From assembly GCA_046299415.1 (NCBI GenBank), contig JBKBII010000007.1:43839-107838 (forward strand): a stretch of DNA of 64,000 nt, given 5' to 3'. Below, piece after piece: positions 8,630-19,417 of this stretch. The notes below the pieces were generated by a model that was not told the DNA's origin, ran no database searches, and saw only the letters and a program-made list of their open reading frames with translations. Numbering within the stretch: position 1 is the first letter of the stretch; every line of letters begins with the position of its first letter. The translations under genes and the position numbers were made by a program. The DNA is from Thioalkalivibrionaceae bacterium. Lineage in GTDB: Bacteria; Pseudomonadota; Gammaproteobacteria; Ectothiorhodospirales; Ectothiorhodospiraceae.

Positions 8630-11491
8630 TTATCGCGCACTGGCGCTGAAGTCGTCGCCAAAAATTCGCGCCAACAGCGTCTCGAATTGCGCGCGATGGA
8701 CCGACGGATAGCCAACAGCGGGGGCCGCCGCTTCCGGGCGCGCGACCGCTTCGAAGGCAATGCCTCGCTGCGCGGCCATCGCCGCCAGTCTGGGCACAAA
8801 AAACGGCATTGCGCCCTGGTTTTCGGGTTCATCCTGCGCCCAACACCAGCTCGTGGCAGCGGGCGCAACGTCATTCAGATTGTGTTCGATTTCGGCCTGC
8901 GGCCATGGATACAGCTGCTCGATGCGCAACAGCCGATCGCTCGGACGTAAACGCTCGACCAGATCAACCGCGAGCCGACCGGTCGTGAACAGCACGCGTT
9001 CGGCAGCCACGGCCTGAGCGGGTACATCGACCATGACGGGTTGAAAAGTCCCTTCAGTCAAGGCCTCAAGTGGCACGGACGCGCGAGGATGGCGAAGCAG
9101 TGACTTCGGCGTGAAAACAACCAACGGGCGTCGAATTGATGCCTTCATCTGGTTTCGCAACAGATGGAAAATCTGCGCGGCCGTCGTCGGCGTAGCCACC
9201 CGCCAATTGCCCTCGGCAGAGAGTTGCAGGAAGCGCTCTGGACGGGCCGATGAATGTTCTGGCCCCTGTCCTTCGAAACCGTGCGGCAGCAACAAGACGA
9301 GGCCACAAAGGCGGCCCCATTTCGCTTCACCGGAACTCAGAAACTGATCGATGACCACCTGAGCACCGTTGGTGAAGTCACCGAACTGTGCCTCCCAGAG
9401 CACCAGAGCGTCAGGCTCGGTCGTCGCGTAACCATACTCGAACGCTAGAACGGCTTCTTCGGATAGCAGCGAGTCGATGACCAAAAAACGCCGGTCGGGA
9501 TGCATGGCCCGCAGCGGGACGTGCGCCTGGCCCGTTTTGTTGTCGTGCAACACCGCATGTCGATGAGCGAAGGTGCCCCGCCCGGAATCCTGTCCCACGA
9601 GGCGCACGCGAAATCCTTCGTCAATCAACGTCGCGTAAGCCAGCGTTTCGGCCAAGCCCCAATCGACAGCCTTGTTTCCAGCGAGCATCTCGATGCGGTC
9701 ATGGTGCAACTTCGCCACCACGCGATGCGGCGTAAAGCCCTCGGGAAGTTGCATCAAACGTTTTCCGAGCGCAACGAGGTGTTCACCATCGACGCCCGTC
9801 GATGGTACCTCCATGGGCTGCGACTGGCTCATGCAATCGACAAAACGTTTCCAGCGCCTTTGATGCGCGGTACGGCTCCGCGCCGAGTCGTCAGCGATGA
9901 TGTTCGGCGCGATGACACCGCCCGAATCCATAGCGGCGCGAAGTCGCGTTTGCAACTGGTCGATAAAGTCTGATGGGATCGTACCTTCCGCGATCAAACG
10001 TTCTGCGTAGACCGCGGCCGTCGTCGGTCGCTTGCGAATCAAATCGTACATGCGCGGCTGAGTCACCGCGGGTTCGTCGGCCTCATTGTGGCCATGGCGG
10101 CGGTAGCACACGAGGTCGATAAAAACGTCTTTGGCGAATCGCATGCGGTAATCGAGAGCCAATTGGGCCACGGCAACACAGGCTTCCGGATCGTCGCCGT
10201 TGACATGAAAAATCGGCGCCGAAACCATTTTCGCGACGTCCGTCGCGTAATACGTCGAGCGCGCATCGCGCTGCGTGCTGATCGTGAACCCGATTTGATT
10301 ATTGACCACGACATGCACGGTGCCCTTGGTCGAAAACCCACGGGTTTGCGACATCGACAACGTCTCCATCACCACGCCTTGTCCGGCGAGCGCTGCATCG
10401 CCATGGATCACCACCGGGATGACGCGGCGGCCTGCGCGATCCTTCAAACGGACCTGACGCGCTCGGACCGAGCCCTGAACGACAGGCGAGACGATTTCGA
10501 GGTGCGAGGGATTGAACGCCAGCACGAGATGAAGCGGTCCGCCAGGCGTCGAGACGTCGCTCGAAAATCCCATGTGGTATTTGACATCGCCCGAGCCTCG
10601 CTCTGACAACGCATGGCCCTCGAACTCGCGATTTAGCTCAGCGAGAGGTTTGCCCAGCAGGTTAACCAGCACATTCAATCGGCCGCGGTGGGCCATGCCG
10701 AGCACGAGCTCTTCGGCGCCATTGGCCCCAGCGCGCTGTGTCAGCGCATTTAAGACAGGCATCAGGCTCTCGGCGCCCTCGAGTGAAAACCGCTTCTGAC
10801 CGACATAACGCGTGTGCAGATAGCGTTCGAGCGTCTCTGCGGCAACGATTCGATCCAGAATTTCCGTGCGGAGCGGCTCAGCGACCCGGTAACGACCGGC
10901 CCGCCCTTCGAGGCGTCGCTGAATCCAGCGCTTTTCGTCAGTCTCAAGCAGGTGCATGTACTCAGCACCCAGCGGCCCGCAGTAGATCGCTTCAAGCCGT
11001 TCCTCGAGCTCATCGAGCGTCGCGGAATCGAGTCCATTGAGCGAACCGGTATCAAAACGACGTTCGCGGTCGATGCCGTTCAAGCGATGATGTTCACGCG
11101 AGAGCTCGCTCGGCCGTGCAACACGGTGACGACCGAGCGGATCGATTCGGGCGGCGAAATGTCCGAGAAAGCGATAAGCATTGATCCACTGCAAAACGGA
11201 AATTTGCGCTTCATCGGATTCCCGCCGCGCTGGTGAAGACGCGACCGTAGCCGATAAATGGTTCGATCCAAGGGTGGGCCGCGCCTGCGCGGTGATGCTC
11301 TCCCCGCTCAAGCGGTCAACGCTATCGTTTTCGAGGCTTTCGACATAGCGCAACGCGTCACCGGGCACGCATACCGAGCCGGAAACATCGGTGCCAGTGG
11401 CCGTCATCGCGGGTCCGCCAAGATGGTGTCTGCGCTCATGCAGACCTTGCGTGTCGGATGCGGACGGTGATCGAATCGAAGAATCTTCCAT
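8630..11491 (-). CDS. sucA: 2-oxoglutarate dehydrogenase E1 component
   Basis: Long ORF with LQWINAYRFLGHFAARIDPLG, GMAHRGRLNVL, HGDAALAGQGVV, RRHGHNEADEP and LLLPHGFEGQGPEHSSAR. Start uncertain: ATG 11491 has GGAG upstream; alternatives are 11542 (track) and 11407. Confidence 0.93.
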   Translation of the reverse strand: MEDSSIRSPSASDTQGLHERRHHLGGPAMTATGTDVSGSVCVPGDALRYVESLENDSVDRLSGESITAQARPTLGSNHLSATVASSPARRESDEAQISVLQWINAYRFLGHFAARIDPLGRHRVARPSELSREHHRLNGIDRERRFDTGSLNGLDSATLDELEERLEAIYCGPLGAEYMHLLETDEKRWIQRRLEGRAGRYRVAEPLRTEILDRIVAAETLERYLHTRYVGQKRFSLEGAESLMPVLNALTQRAGANGAEELVLGMAHRGRLNVLVNLLGKPLAELNREFEGHALSERGSGDVKYHMGFSSDVSTPGGPLHLVLAFNPSHLEIVSPVVQGSVRARQVRLKDRAGRRVIPVVIHGDAALAGQGVVMETLSMSQTRGFSTKGTVHVVVNNQIGFTISTQRDARSTYYATDVAKMVSAPIFHVNGDDPEACVAVAQLALDYRMRFAKDVFIDLVCYRRHGHNEADEPAVTQPRMYDLIRKRPTTAAVYAERLIAEGTIPSDFIDQLQTRLRAAMDSGGVIAPNIIADDSARSRTAHQRRWKRFVDCMSQSQPMEVPSTGVDGEHLVALGKRLMQLPEGFTPHRVVAKLHHDRIEMLAGNKAVDWGLAETLAYATLIDEGFRVRLVGQDSGRGTFAHRHAVLHDNKTGQAHVPLRAMHPDRRFLVIDSLLSEEAVLAFEYGYATTEPDALVLWEAQFGDFTNGAQVVIDQFLSSGEAKWGRLCGLVLLLPHGFEGQGPEHSSARPERFLQLSAEGNWRVATPTTAAQIFHLLRNQMKASIRRPLVVFTPKSLLRHPRASVPLEALTEGTFQPVMVDVPAQAVAAERVLFTTGRLAVDLVERLRPSDRLLRIEQLYPWPQAEIEHNLNDVAPAATSWCWAQDEPENQGAMPFFVPRLAAMAAQRGIAFEAVARPEAAAPAVGYPSVHRAQFETLLARIFGDDFSASAR

Positions 11492-11545
11492 GGCAACTCC
11501 GAGGCGGAGGCGGAAACGGGCCGCCCCTTTGATAGCATGCACGGG

Positions 11546-13792
11546 ATGGACGTGTCCCGATTGATTGCATCATTGAATGACGCACAGCGCGCTGCGGTGA
11601 CGGCGCCGGCTGGCCACTTGCTCGTGCTCGCCGGTGCGGGCTCCGGTAAAACCCGTGTTCTCGTCCATCGTATCGCCTGGCTAGTCGAGGTCGAAGGATA
11701 CGCGCCACACAGCATTCTCGCCGTGACGTTTACCAACAAAGCTGCGCGCGAAATGCAGGGTCGCATCAGCGACCTCCTCGAACGGCCCCTGGGCGGGTTA
11801 TGGTCCGGCACATTTCACGGTTTGTCCCACCGTCTGTTGCGCCAGTTCCATCTGCAGGCGGGCCTACCTGCTGCGTTCCAGGTTCTCGATAGTGGAGATC
11901 AGGCGCGGGCGATCAAAAGGGTCTTGCGCGATCTCGACCTCGATGAAGCCCGATGGCCCGTCAAAGTCGCTCAGGCGTACATCAACGCGCGTAAAGAAGA
12001 AGGCTTGCGCGCCGATCGGATTGAACCCGGGCGTGACCCGGTATCGCGTCAGTGGGTGCGGGTCTACACCGCCTACGAAGCCCTCTGTCAGCGCACCGGG
12101 TCCGTCGATTTTGCGGAGCTTTTGCTGCGATCCTGTGAACTCCTCGAGCGTAACGCCGAGGTCGCAGACTTCGTCAAGCAACGTTTCCAGCACATCTTGG
12201 TCGACGAATTTCAGGACACCAACGCTCTGCAGTATCGGTGGTTACGCCGTATCGCGGGCCAGCACGCGCTGGTTTTTGCGGTCGGCGATGACGATCAATC
12301 GATCTATGGCTGGCGTGGGGCCCGTGTCGAGCATCTGGCCGACTATCTGCGCGATTTCCGTGTACCCGAAACGATTCGTCTGGAGCAGAACTATCGCTCG
12401 ACCAAAACGATCCTCGCAGCGGCCAATTCGCTGATCGCCAACAACGTCGACCGTCTCGGCAAAACCCTGTGGAGCGCCGGTGAGGATGGTCCGCCAATCC
12501 GAATTCTTCGCGCGATCGATGAACACGATGAAGCTCGGTTTGTCGTCGGGCGAATCGAAAATCATGTCGCCAGCGGCGGCGCACTCCGAGACTGTGCCGT
12601 GCTATACCGCTCGAATGCACAATCGCGAGTCCTCGAAGAAGCCCTCGTCACCTCGGGCGTGCCCTATCGTGTCTACGGCGGACTGCGCTTTTTCGACCGC
12701 CAGGAGGTTCGCGACGCGCTCGCCTATCTCCGGCTCGCACGCAATCCTGAAGATGACGCGGCGTTTCTGCGAGTGATCAATCTTCCTGCGCGGGGCATCG
12801 GCGAAAAAACCCAAGATGAACTTCGAGGCCTCGCGGCCGAGGGCGGCTTGAGCTTGATGGCCATTGCGCGTGAAATGGTCGTCAGAGGGGCGCTGCCAGC
12901 GCGCGCGCGCGGCGCGCTCAAAACCTTCCTTGAGACTATCGAACGCATCCGCAAAGCTCTCGACGGTGAATTGCCGGACGCCATCGCCACGGCCATCGAC
13001 GCGTCGGGTCTTCGCGATCACTACCGGGCCGACCGTGCGGGTCGTAGCGAAGATCGACTCGAAAACCTCGACGAACTGATCAACGCCGGCCGCACCTTTG
13101 CACTCGAACACAGTCGCGTGCGTGCACTGAACGGCAACGAGAACGACCCGCCTTCCGCCACCAACAGTCGGTCTGCCGATCTCGACGCTTTCCTCGCCGC
13201 GGCTGCCCTCGACGCAGGCGAAGAAGAAGCCGGTGCTTTCGAAGACGCGGTTCAGCTGATGACCTTGCATGCCGCCAAAGGACTGGAGTTTCCAGTTGTG
13301 TTTATCGTGGGCATGGAGGACGGCTTGTTTCCGAACGCCCGAGCGCTCGACGAGCCGGGACGTCTCGACGAAGAGCGCCGACTCGCCTACGTGGGCGTCA
13401 CTCGCGCCGAACATCAGCTTTACCTCTGTCACGCTGAGCGGCGCACGCTTTGGGGCAAGCCGAGCTTTGCCGTTCCATCGCGTTTTCTTGATGAGCTGCC
13501 TGAATCACTATGCGAACAGCTCAGGCCACGTCGCAGTATGGGGGCTGTGGGTCGTTCGACAACCTCGGACAGCACCCGCAGCGGGCGTTTCGGCGCGGTA
13601 TCGCAGTCGGCAAACCCCTTTTCGCCCGGTTCGCGTTGGCGACATGCGCGATTCGGCGAGGGTACCGTGCTGGCCTGCGAGGGCGACGGCGATCAGGCCC
13701 GGGTGCACATTCGCTTTTCCGAACACGGTGAGAAATGGCTGATTGCCGGGTTTGCCAAACTCGAGCGCGTCGCATCAACACCAAGTTGTTGA
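11546..13792 (+). CDS. uvrD: ATP-dependent DNA helicase II (UvrD family)
   Basis: MDVSRLIASLNDAQRAAV...LVLAGAGSGKT (Walker A), ILVDEFQDTN, QNYRST, TLHAAKGLEFPVVF, RRLAYVGVTRA. Start taken at M4 of the track ORF by analogy with the canonical MDVS... N-terminus. Confidence 0.93.
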   Translation: MDVSRLIASLNDAQRAAVTAPAGHLLVLAGAGSGKTRVLVHRIAWLVEVEGYAPHSILAVTFTNKAAREMQGRISDLLERPLGGLWSGTFHGLSHRLLRQFHLQAGLPAAFQVLDSGDQARAIKRVLRDLDLDEARWPVKVAQAYINARKEEGLRADRIEPGRDPVSRQWVRVYTAYEALCQRTGSVDFAELLLRSCELLERNAEVADFVKQRFQHILVDEFQDTNALQYRWLRRIAGQHALVFAVGDDDQSIYGWRGARVEHLADYLRDFRVPETIRLEQNYRSTKTILAAANSLIANNVDRLGKTLWSAGEDGPPIRILRAIDEHDEARFVVGRIENHVASGGALRDCAVLYRSNAQSRVLEEALVTSGVPYRVYGGLRFFDRQEVRDALAYLRLARNPEDDAAFLRVINLPARGIGEKTQDELRGLAAEGGLSLMAIAREMVVRGALPARARGALKTFLETIERIRKALDGELPDAIATAIDASGLRDHYRADRAGRSEDRLENLDELINAGRTFALEHSRVRALNGNENDPPSATNSRSADLDAFLAAAALDAGEEEAGAFEDAVQLMTLHAAKGLEFPVVFIVGMEDGLFPNARALDEPGRLDEERRLAYVGVTRAEHQLYLCHAERRTLWGKPSFAVPSRFLDELPESLCEQLRPRRSMGAVGRSTTSDSTRSGRFGAVSQSANPFSPGSRWRHARFGEGTVLACEGDGDQARVHIRFSEHGEKWLIAGFAKLERVASTPSC

Positions 13793-13938
13793 TGGCTTTG
13801 AGCTCTGTACAGCGGATCACGGACAGCCGAATCGGTGATGAGCGGATTGAACGCTTTCCAATCACGTTGAGAAAGCATGTTCCCCAAGGCTACCGGCAGA
13901 GCGAATCTCAAAACATCTAGATGGAGCGTTGACGTGCG

Positions 13939-15039
13939 ATGGCCAATCCCAGCTTAGGTGCTGACTCTGCGATGATCCGTTCCACGAACACCAACGCGGA
14001 CTCGCCGAACTGGCTGATTGTAGGATGCGGTTATGTTGGTCACAGACTGGCGCAGCGCATTCGAAGCGGTTCCCAAGCCCACGGGGCTCGTGTGGTCTGC
14101 ACCGGGCAGACGCGGCGAGGTCCGTGCACGGGAGAAACATCGCCCCAGAAAGCCCGCCCTGGCATGATCGATTGGCCTCTGCAGCTGGCCCAGCCGCTCA
14201 ATCGAATCTCGGATCTGGTGCTTGAACAAATCGGAAATCGCCCGATCGTCGCTGTCATGGTTCCGCCCGAACCTGGAAACGCCGCACAACGCCTACGTCA
14301 TCTGCTCGATGGCCTCGATATCAACGAGATTCAGCCTGCAGGCATCGTGTATGCGTCGAGCACAGCGATGTACGGCGATCATGGTGGTCGGATCGTCAAT
14401 GAGGATTCCCCTTGCCTGAGTCAGTCGCCTCGCGCGCTTGCGCGTCTCGATGACGAGTCTCTGTTGGCAGACTGGGCACAGCGGCGCAAGGACCGGTTTG
14501 CGGTAAGTCTTCGCTTGGCTGGGATTTACGGCCCGGGACGATTGCCGATCGAACGCCTGTCGGATCGCGGAGCGCTGCTTTGTCCGGGCGTGGCCAGTCC
14601 CGGGAACCGCGTTCATGTCGATGACATCGTCGACGCCTTCCTGACGGTCGCCCAGGTGATTGAGGCCCACGATATCGAGAACCGCGACACATATAACCGC
14701 GCACACTATGATCGAATCACCCCCTATCACGTTGAAGATGCGCGCGAACGCAGCGATAAGCCGGCTATTGGCGGCGGTGCGTTGGCGCGATTCAACGTCG
14801 CTGCGCGCGATCACGCCTCGTATACACAATTCGTGTGGTGGCTCGCCGATGCACTCAGGCGACCTCGGCCTCCGTGCACCGCGAACACCGAGCGCTGGAG
14901 TCGCGATCATCCAGGCTTGGCCGCGTTTTTGCGCGACTCAAAGCAGATCGATAGCCGTCGCCTGCGCGCACTGGGTTGGCAGCCACGATTTGACGACACG
15001 CCGCAGGGTATTCAAGCGTCGCTGGCCGAAAACCAGTAA
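13939..15039 (+). CDS. NAD(P)-binding SDR/epimerase-family protein, function unknown
   Basis: 366-aa ORF with WLIVGCGYVGHRLA Rossmann-like motif and YASSTAMYG / RLAGIYGPGR segments. Preferred over the antisense 205-aa ORF. Confidence 0.6.
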   Translation: MANPSLGADSAMIRSTNTNADSPNWLIVGCGYVGHRLAQRIRSGSQAHGARVVCTGQTRRGPCTGETSPQKARPGMIDWPLQLAQPLNRISDLVLEQIGNRPIVAVMVPPEPGNAAQRLRHLLDGLDINEIQPAGIVYASSTAMYGDHGGRIVNEDSPCLSQSPRALARLDDESLLADWAQRRKDRFAVSLRLAGIYGPGRLPIERLSDRGALLCPGVASPGNRVHVDDIVDAFLTVAQVIEAHDIENRDTYNRAHYDRITPYHVEDARERSDKPAIGGGALARFNVAARDHASYTQFVWWLADALRRPRPPCTANTERWSRDHPGLAAFLRDSKQIDSRRLRALGWQPRFDDTPQGIQASLAENQ

Positions 15040-15088
15040 CTACCTTTCGACGGCATCCTGAAAAAATGCTGCACGCCCCGGCGGCCGC

Positions 15089-15118
15089 ACTCGACGATCG
15101 TCGTCGAGTCTACTTTTT
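15089..15118. terminator. candidate bidirectional intrinsic terminator between convergent genes
   Basis: Perfect 9-bp stem ACTCGACGA/TCGTCGAGT with a 3-nt loop, followed by CTACTTTTT. Preceded by an A-run (15061-15066) that could serve the opposite strand. Confidence 0.45.
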
Positions 15119-15434
15119 AGTTGCTAGGCCGGTTGCTCGGTAAGGGTGCAGTCGCGAGCATTTCGGGCGCTCTGAACAGTTTTCTTGAGATTCTGCCAAC
15201 AGAGCGACCGGCGAGTCGCCGCGGTTGAACGCGCCAAGACGCTAGGCGACGGTCCTGAGCTGTCGTTGACATCCTCAATCGGCCCTGGTTCAGGTGTCGA
15301 GTCATCTCCGTCTGAAAGCCTGACCGAGCGCATCGTAAGATCCAAGCCAACCCTTCGTGGATAATCCCTTTCCTTCGTCCTCAGCTTGACTCAAACGCGA
15401 CTCGGACATCGATCGCTCGACTCCCACACCCCAA

Positions 15435-16940
15435 TCAACGAGTTTCAGAACATTCGACGTCGTAGGTCGCCTGAGGCAAAAAGTCTAAACGCGACCCATC
15501 GGGCGCGATAGGCTGAGTCTGCTGCCGTAGCGTGGGCGTCTCGCCATCGCGCGGTCGATCGGCAAGCGTCTGTTCCAGTCGCAACGGATCCGACATCCAC
15601 CGCAACAACGTTGCGCTGATGGACTCGAAATCCCGAGACTGAAACGTCAGGTGTGGCCACTCCGAGCGAGTAATCACGCGTACACGCGCCGGCTTCGGAT
15701 GGGCGGCTGCGGCCGCACAAATCGAAGATTTCAGGACCGTGCGATCCTGGCCGCCCCAGTAATACAGAACGGGTATGTCGACTTTATCGACGATGTCAGT
15801 AGCCGCCTGAGCCAACCAAACAACCCGAATATACGTGTCGAGTCGCACCCGGCGCAGGATCGCCGGATCTTCAGCGAAGCGCTGGACCGCTCGCGAAGAA
15901 AGAATCGTCGAGTAATCCGGATTGACAGCGACACTGACCGCAGGCGCCAGACGTTCGAGCAACCACAAACCAACGTCCCAAGCGCGCCGCGCACGAATAC
16001 CACCGCGCAGGCCGGCCCCCGCCGTGGCCACGCCCCGAATATTCATGGTCTCCGCGTGGTTCGCGGCGACGATCAAGGCAATCGATCCCCCGAGACTTTC
16101 GCCAAGCAAAATGACCGGCAATGGCACTTTTTCAGATGCTGACGCCGATTCAACCGATGTCGCGAGGGATTGATGCGACGTCACGGACTGCTGTGCTCTA
16201 CCCGAGTTTATTTCGGCGTCAATCAATGATCGAGTCACCGACGACGCCGGTGGAGGGACCGGATCAGCCGTGGATCCAGTCAGGGTCGCAGCGGGCGATC
16301 TGTGATTCGTGGCTCGTCCTCGCGGCGCGGTTCCGAGTTCCGAGCGGGCCCTAGTCGATGACGCCTGGAAGGCGGACGCTCGCGCGACTGCATCGCGTAC
16401 TGAAGCCGTCGCGTCTTCAACGACTCGATCGACGTTGGCGGGCAAACGACCGAAGGGACCGACGTGTGCGCCGTGGCCGGGTAGATCAGGCGCCTCGACC
16501 CACCACCCTGCAGCGGCGAGGATAGGTCCAATCTGGTCGTAGGCGCCGCGATGATCGCGAAAACTATGCCATGCGACGACGACACCTTGGACATCCGTCT
16601 GATTCGGGCGCCAGATTCGAACCGCGGAGGTATTTTCTGTTGACGCTTCCGGGCGGCTGCCGGGAGCTTCGCGATCGAGGTCCATGACAGTAATCAACAT
16701 GGCGGAATCTCGGTCACTCTCAGAATCGGAACGAACGTCCAGGGGCGGACCGGCGCGTTGCGGGGTCGCGCAGCCCGCAAGCATGACGGTCACGCCAAGG
16801 ACGAGGGCAGCTGTGAAGGTCCGCTGGCGTGACAAGTCTGACCTCGCAGGCGCGCATGGAGACGGGCCAGTGTGCATGAACGCAGGGGTCGATGCGGAAG
16901 ACGCCATCATCGGCGCGTCTCGGATCGACGCTCGACGCAC
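15435..16940 (-). CDS. alpha/beta-fold hydrolase, probable lipoprotein, with a low-complexity insertion
   Basis: Lipobox-like VTVMLAGC after a hydrophobic stretch; nucleophile elbow LLGESLGGSIAL; HSFRDHRG...PGHG motifs. Start ambiguous: GTG 16940 abuts the ubiD stop, and ATG 16877 is an alternative. Confidence 0.75.
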   Translation of the reverse strand: MRRASIRDAPMMASSASTPAFMHTGPSPCAPARSDLSRQRTFTAALVLGVTVMLAGCATPQRAGPPLDVRSDSESDRDSAMLITVMDLDREAPGSRPEASTENTSAVRIWRPNQTDVQGVVVAWHSFRDHRGAYDQIGPILAAAGWWVEAPDLPGHGAHVGPFGRLPANVDRVVEDATASVRDAVARASAFQASSTRARSELGTAPRGRATNHRSPAATLTGSTADPVPPPASSVTRSLIDAEINSGRAQQSVTSHQSLATSVESASASEKVPLPVILLGESLGGSIALIVAANHAETMNIRGVATAGAGLRGGIRARRAWDVGLWLLERLAPAVSVAVNPDYSTILSSRAVQRFAEDPAILRRVRLDTYIRVVWLAQAATDIVDKVDIPVLYYWGGQDRTVLKSSICAAAAAHPKPARVRVITRSEWPHLTFQSRDFESISATLLRWMSDPLRLEQTLADRPRDGETPTLRQQTQPIAPDGSRLDFLPQATYDVECSETR

Positions 16941-18434
16941 CTATCGGTTGAGCGCCGAATCGAGTCCCAGGGTTGCCAATAATCCATCAACACGCCGCTC
17001 AACGCTCTCATCCATTCGTATGGGTCGACCCCATTCGCGCGTGGTTTCACCGGGCCATTTGTTGGTCGCGTCAAGACCCATTTTAGATCCTAGACCCGAG
17101 ACGGGTGAGGCGAAATCGAGGTAGTCGATCGGCGTGTTTTCGATCAGAACAGTGTCGCGGGCAGGATCCATGCGTGTCGTAATCGCCCAAATGACGTCTT
17201 CCCAAGAGCGTGTGTTGACGTCGTCATCGACCACCACGACGAACTTGGTGTACATGAACTGGCGCAGGAAACTCCACACCCCCATCATCACGCGTTTCGC
17301 GTGTCCCGGGTATTGCTTTTTCATCGAGATCACCGCCATTCGGTACGAACAACCCTCGGGCGGCAGATAAAAATCGATGATCTCGGGAAACTGTTTTTGC
17401 AGGATCGGCACGAAAACTTCGTTCAGCGCCACTCCGAGTATCGCTGGCTCGTCAGGTGGGCGTCCGGTGTAAGTCGAGTGATAGATCGGGTTTTCTCGAT
17501 GCGTAATGCGATCGATGGTCAGCACCGGAAATGTGTCAATCTCGTTGTAGTAGCCCGTGTGATCGCCAAATGGCCCCTCTGGTGCGGTATCGCCGGGGTG
17601 TATATGGCCCTCGAGAATGATCTCGGCTCGCGCCGGAATTTCGAGGTCGGAGCCCATGCACGTGGTGAGCTCCGTGCGACCGCCGCGTAGAAGTCCAGCG
17701 AACGCATATTCGGACAAAGTATCCGGAACCGGAGTCACAGCCCCCAAGGTGGTCGCGGGATCCGCCCCAAGAATGACAGCGATCGGAAACGGCTCCCCCG
17801 GGCGTTGTTCTTGCCAAGCGCGATAGTCTAGTGCGCCGCCCCGATGCGATAGCCAACGCATGATCACGCGATTGCGACCGATCACCTGTTGTCGATAGAT
17901 CCCAAGGTTCTGTCGGCCGCCCGCGGGGCCACGGGTCACAACTAGACCCCAGGTAATCAACGGCGCGGCATCGCCCGGCCAACAGTGCTGAATAGGCCAG
18001 TCAGCGAGGTCGACCGCGTCGCCTTCGAGAACCACCTCCTGGCAGACACCTCGACGCAGCCGCTTGGGGGCCATATCGAGAACCTTCCTAAAGATTGGCA
18101 GTGACTCCCACGCCGCTTTAAGTCCCTTTGGCGGATCAGGTTGCTTAAGAAATGCCAGCAATCGCCCAACCTCGCGCAGGGCCTCGACTGACTCCTCGCC
18201 CATGCCGAGAGCGACGCGCTCAGGGGTTCCGAACAGATTGGCCAACACGGGGACGGTGAATTCACGGTCCTGCGATGTTGGTCGTTCCAGTAACAACGCA
18301 GGCCCTCGAGCGCGTAGAACGCGATCAGCGAGCGCCGTCATTTCCAAGTAAGTCGATACAGGCTCGGTGACTCGCACCAGCTCTCCGCGGTCCTCGAGCG
18401 CTTTCAAGAAATCCCGCAGGTCAGCGTAGTGCAT
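16941..18434 (-). CDS. ubiD: 4-hydroxy-3-polyprenylbenzoate decarboxylase (UbiD family)
   Basis: 497 aa. [22 protein letters not shown]..., [21 protein letters not shown] and [22 protein letters not shown] are typical UbiD blocks. Confidence 0.93.
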   Translation of the reverse strand: MHYADLRDFLKALEDRGELVRVTEPVSTYLEMTALADRVLRARGPALLLERPTSQDREFTVPVLANLFGTPERVALGMGEESVEALREVGRLLAFLKQPDPPKGLKAAWESLPIFRKVLDMAPKRLRRGVCQEVVLEGDAVDLADWPIQHCWPGDAAPLITWGLVVTRGPAGGRQNLGIYRQQVIGRNRVIMRWLSHRGGALDYRAWQEQRPGEPFPIAVILGADPATTLGAVTPVPDTLSEYAFAGLLRGGRTELTTCMGSDLEIPARAEIILEGHIHPGDTAPEGPFGDHTGYYNEIDTFPVLTIDRITHRENPIYHSTYTGRPPDEPAILGVALNEVFVPILQKQFPEIIDFYLPPEGCSYRMAVISMKKQYPGHAKRVMMGVWSFLRQFMYTKFVVVVDDDVNTRSWEDVIWAITTRMDPARDTVLIENTPIDYLDFASPVSGLGSKMGLDATNKWPGETTREWGRPIRMDESVERRVDGLLATLGLDSALNR

Positions 18435-18640
18435 GACGAATTCCTATGTATCTAAGCGCCCTGAGGCAACAAACGACACCAACGCTAGATCACGATCTCT
18501 CAAAAGACGGCGCCATACTCAAATCGATTCGTGCGTTACGACGTTTCGGGCGATGCTTTGAGCGATGGAACCAATGGAATGATGGCGTTCGCCTTTGCGG
18601 CCCCGCGACGTCGCCACGGGCCGCTCACGCCGACATCGTC

Positions 18641-19417
18641 TCAAGCCAAGCGATCGCTCCACTGCACCCACACGGGTGCGTGGTCCGAGGGACGCTCCCA
18701 GCCGCGCGGCTCAAGATCGATTCCGGCAGCTGTCAGACGCGGTTCGAGCGCCTCCGAAACCAAGGTCAGATCGATTCGCAAACCAAGACCACGCTGGAAC
18801 CCTCGCGTTCGATAGTCGTACCAGGAAAAGACACCCGAAGGTTGATCGAATCGGCGGTAGGCGTCGACAAGACCCAGGTCGAGCAGCGATTTCAGTCGTT
18901 CGCGTTCGGGTGGTGAGCACAGAATTGAGTCGCGCCAACGATCGGGATCGTGGACGTCGCCGTCAGCCGGTGCGATGTTGAAATCGCCCATCACGACCAT
19001 CTCGGCGTTCTGTTGGCGTTCGACGGCCAGCCAATCGTGGATTCGATTTAGCCATTCGAGCTTAAACTGATACTTGGGATCGTCGACCGAACGGCCGTTG
19101 ACCACATAGAGGTTGATCACCCGCAAGCCATCAACGGTCGCAGCAACAACCCGTCGATCGGGGTCATCGAGTCCGGGGGGGTCAAAAACGACGTCCGATA
19201 GGGGGCGTCGAGCGATCAGCGCAACGCCGTTGTAGGTTTTTTGGCCGGCATAGACGACATGGTAGCCCGCTTCGGTAAACGCCTCAGCCGGAAAGCGATC
19301 GTCCGGAAGTTTCGTCTCTTGAAGACCGAGAACGTCCGGTTCGGCGGTTTCAAGCCAGCGCAATACGTGTGGCAGACGCACATTGAGCGAATTGACATTC
19401 CAACTCGCGACCTTCAC
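18641..19417 (-). CDS. xthA: exodeoxyribonuclease III
   Basis: MKVASWNVNSLNVRLPHVL...LGLQETK...GDFNIAP...SDHAPVWV, the ExoIII/AP-endonuclease signature. GTG start overlaps the prlC stop (GTGA). Confidence 0.92.
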   Translation of the reverse strand: MKVASWNVNSLNVRLPHVLRWLETAEPDVLGLQETKLPDDRFPAEAFTEAGYHVVYAGQKTYNGVALIARRPLSDVVFDPPGLDDPDRRVVAATVDGLRVINLYVVNGRSVDDPKYQFKLEWLNRIHDWLAVERQQNAEMVVMGDFNIAPADGDVHDPDRWRDSILCSPPERERLKSLLDLGLVDAYRRFDQPSGVFSWYDYRTRGFQRGLGLRIDLTLVSEALEPRLTAAGIDLEPRGWERPSDHAPVWVQWSDRLA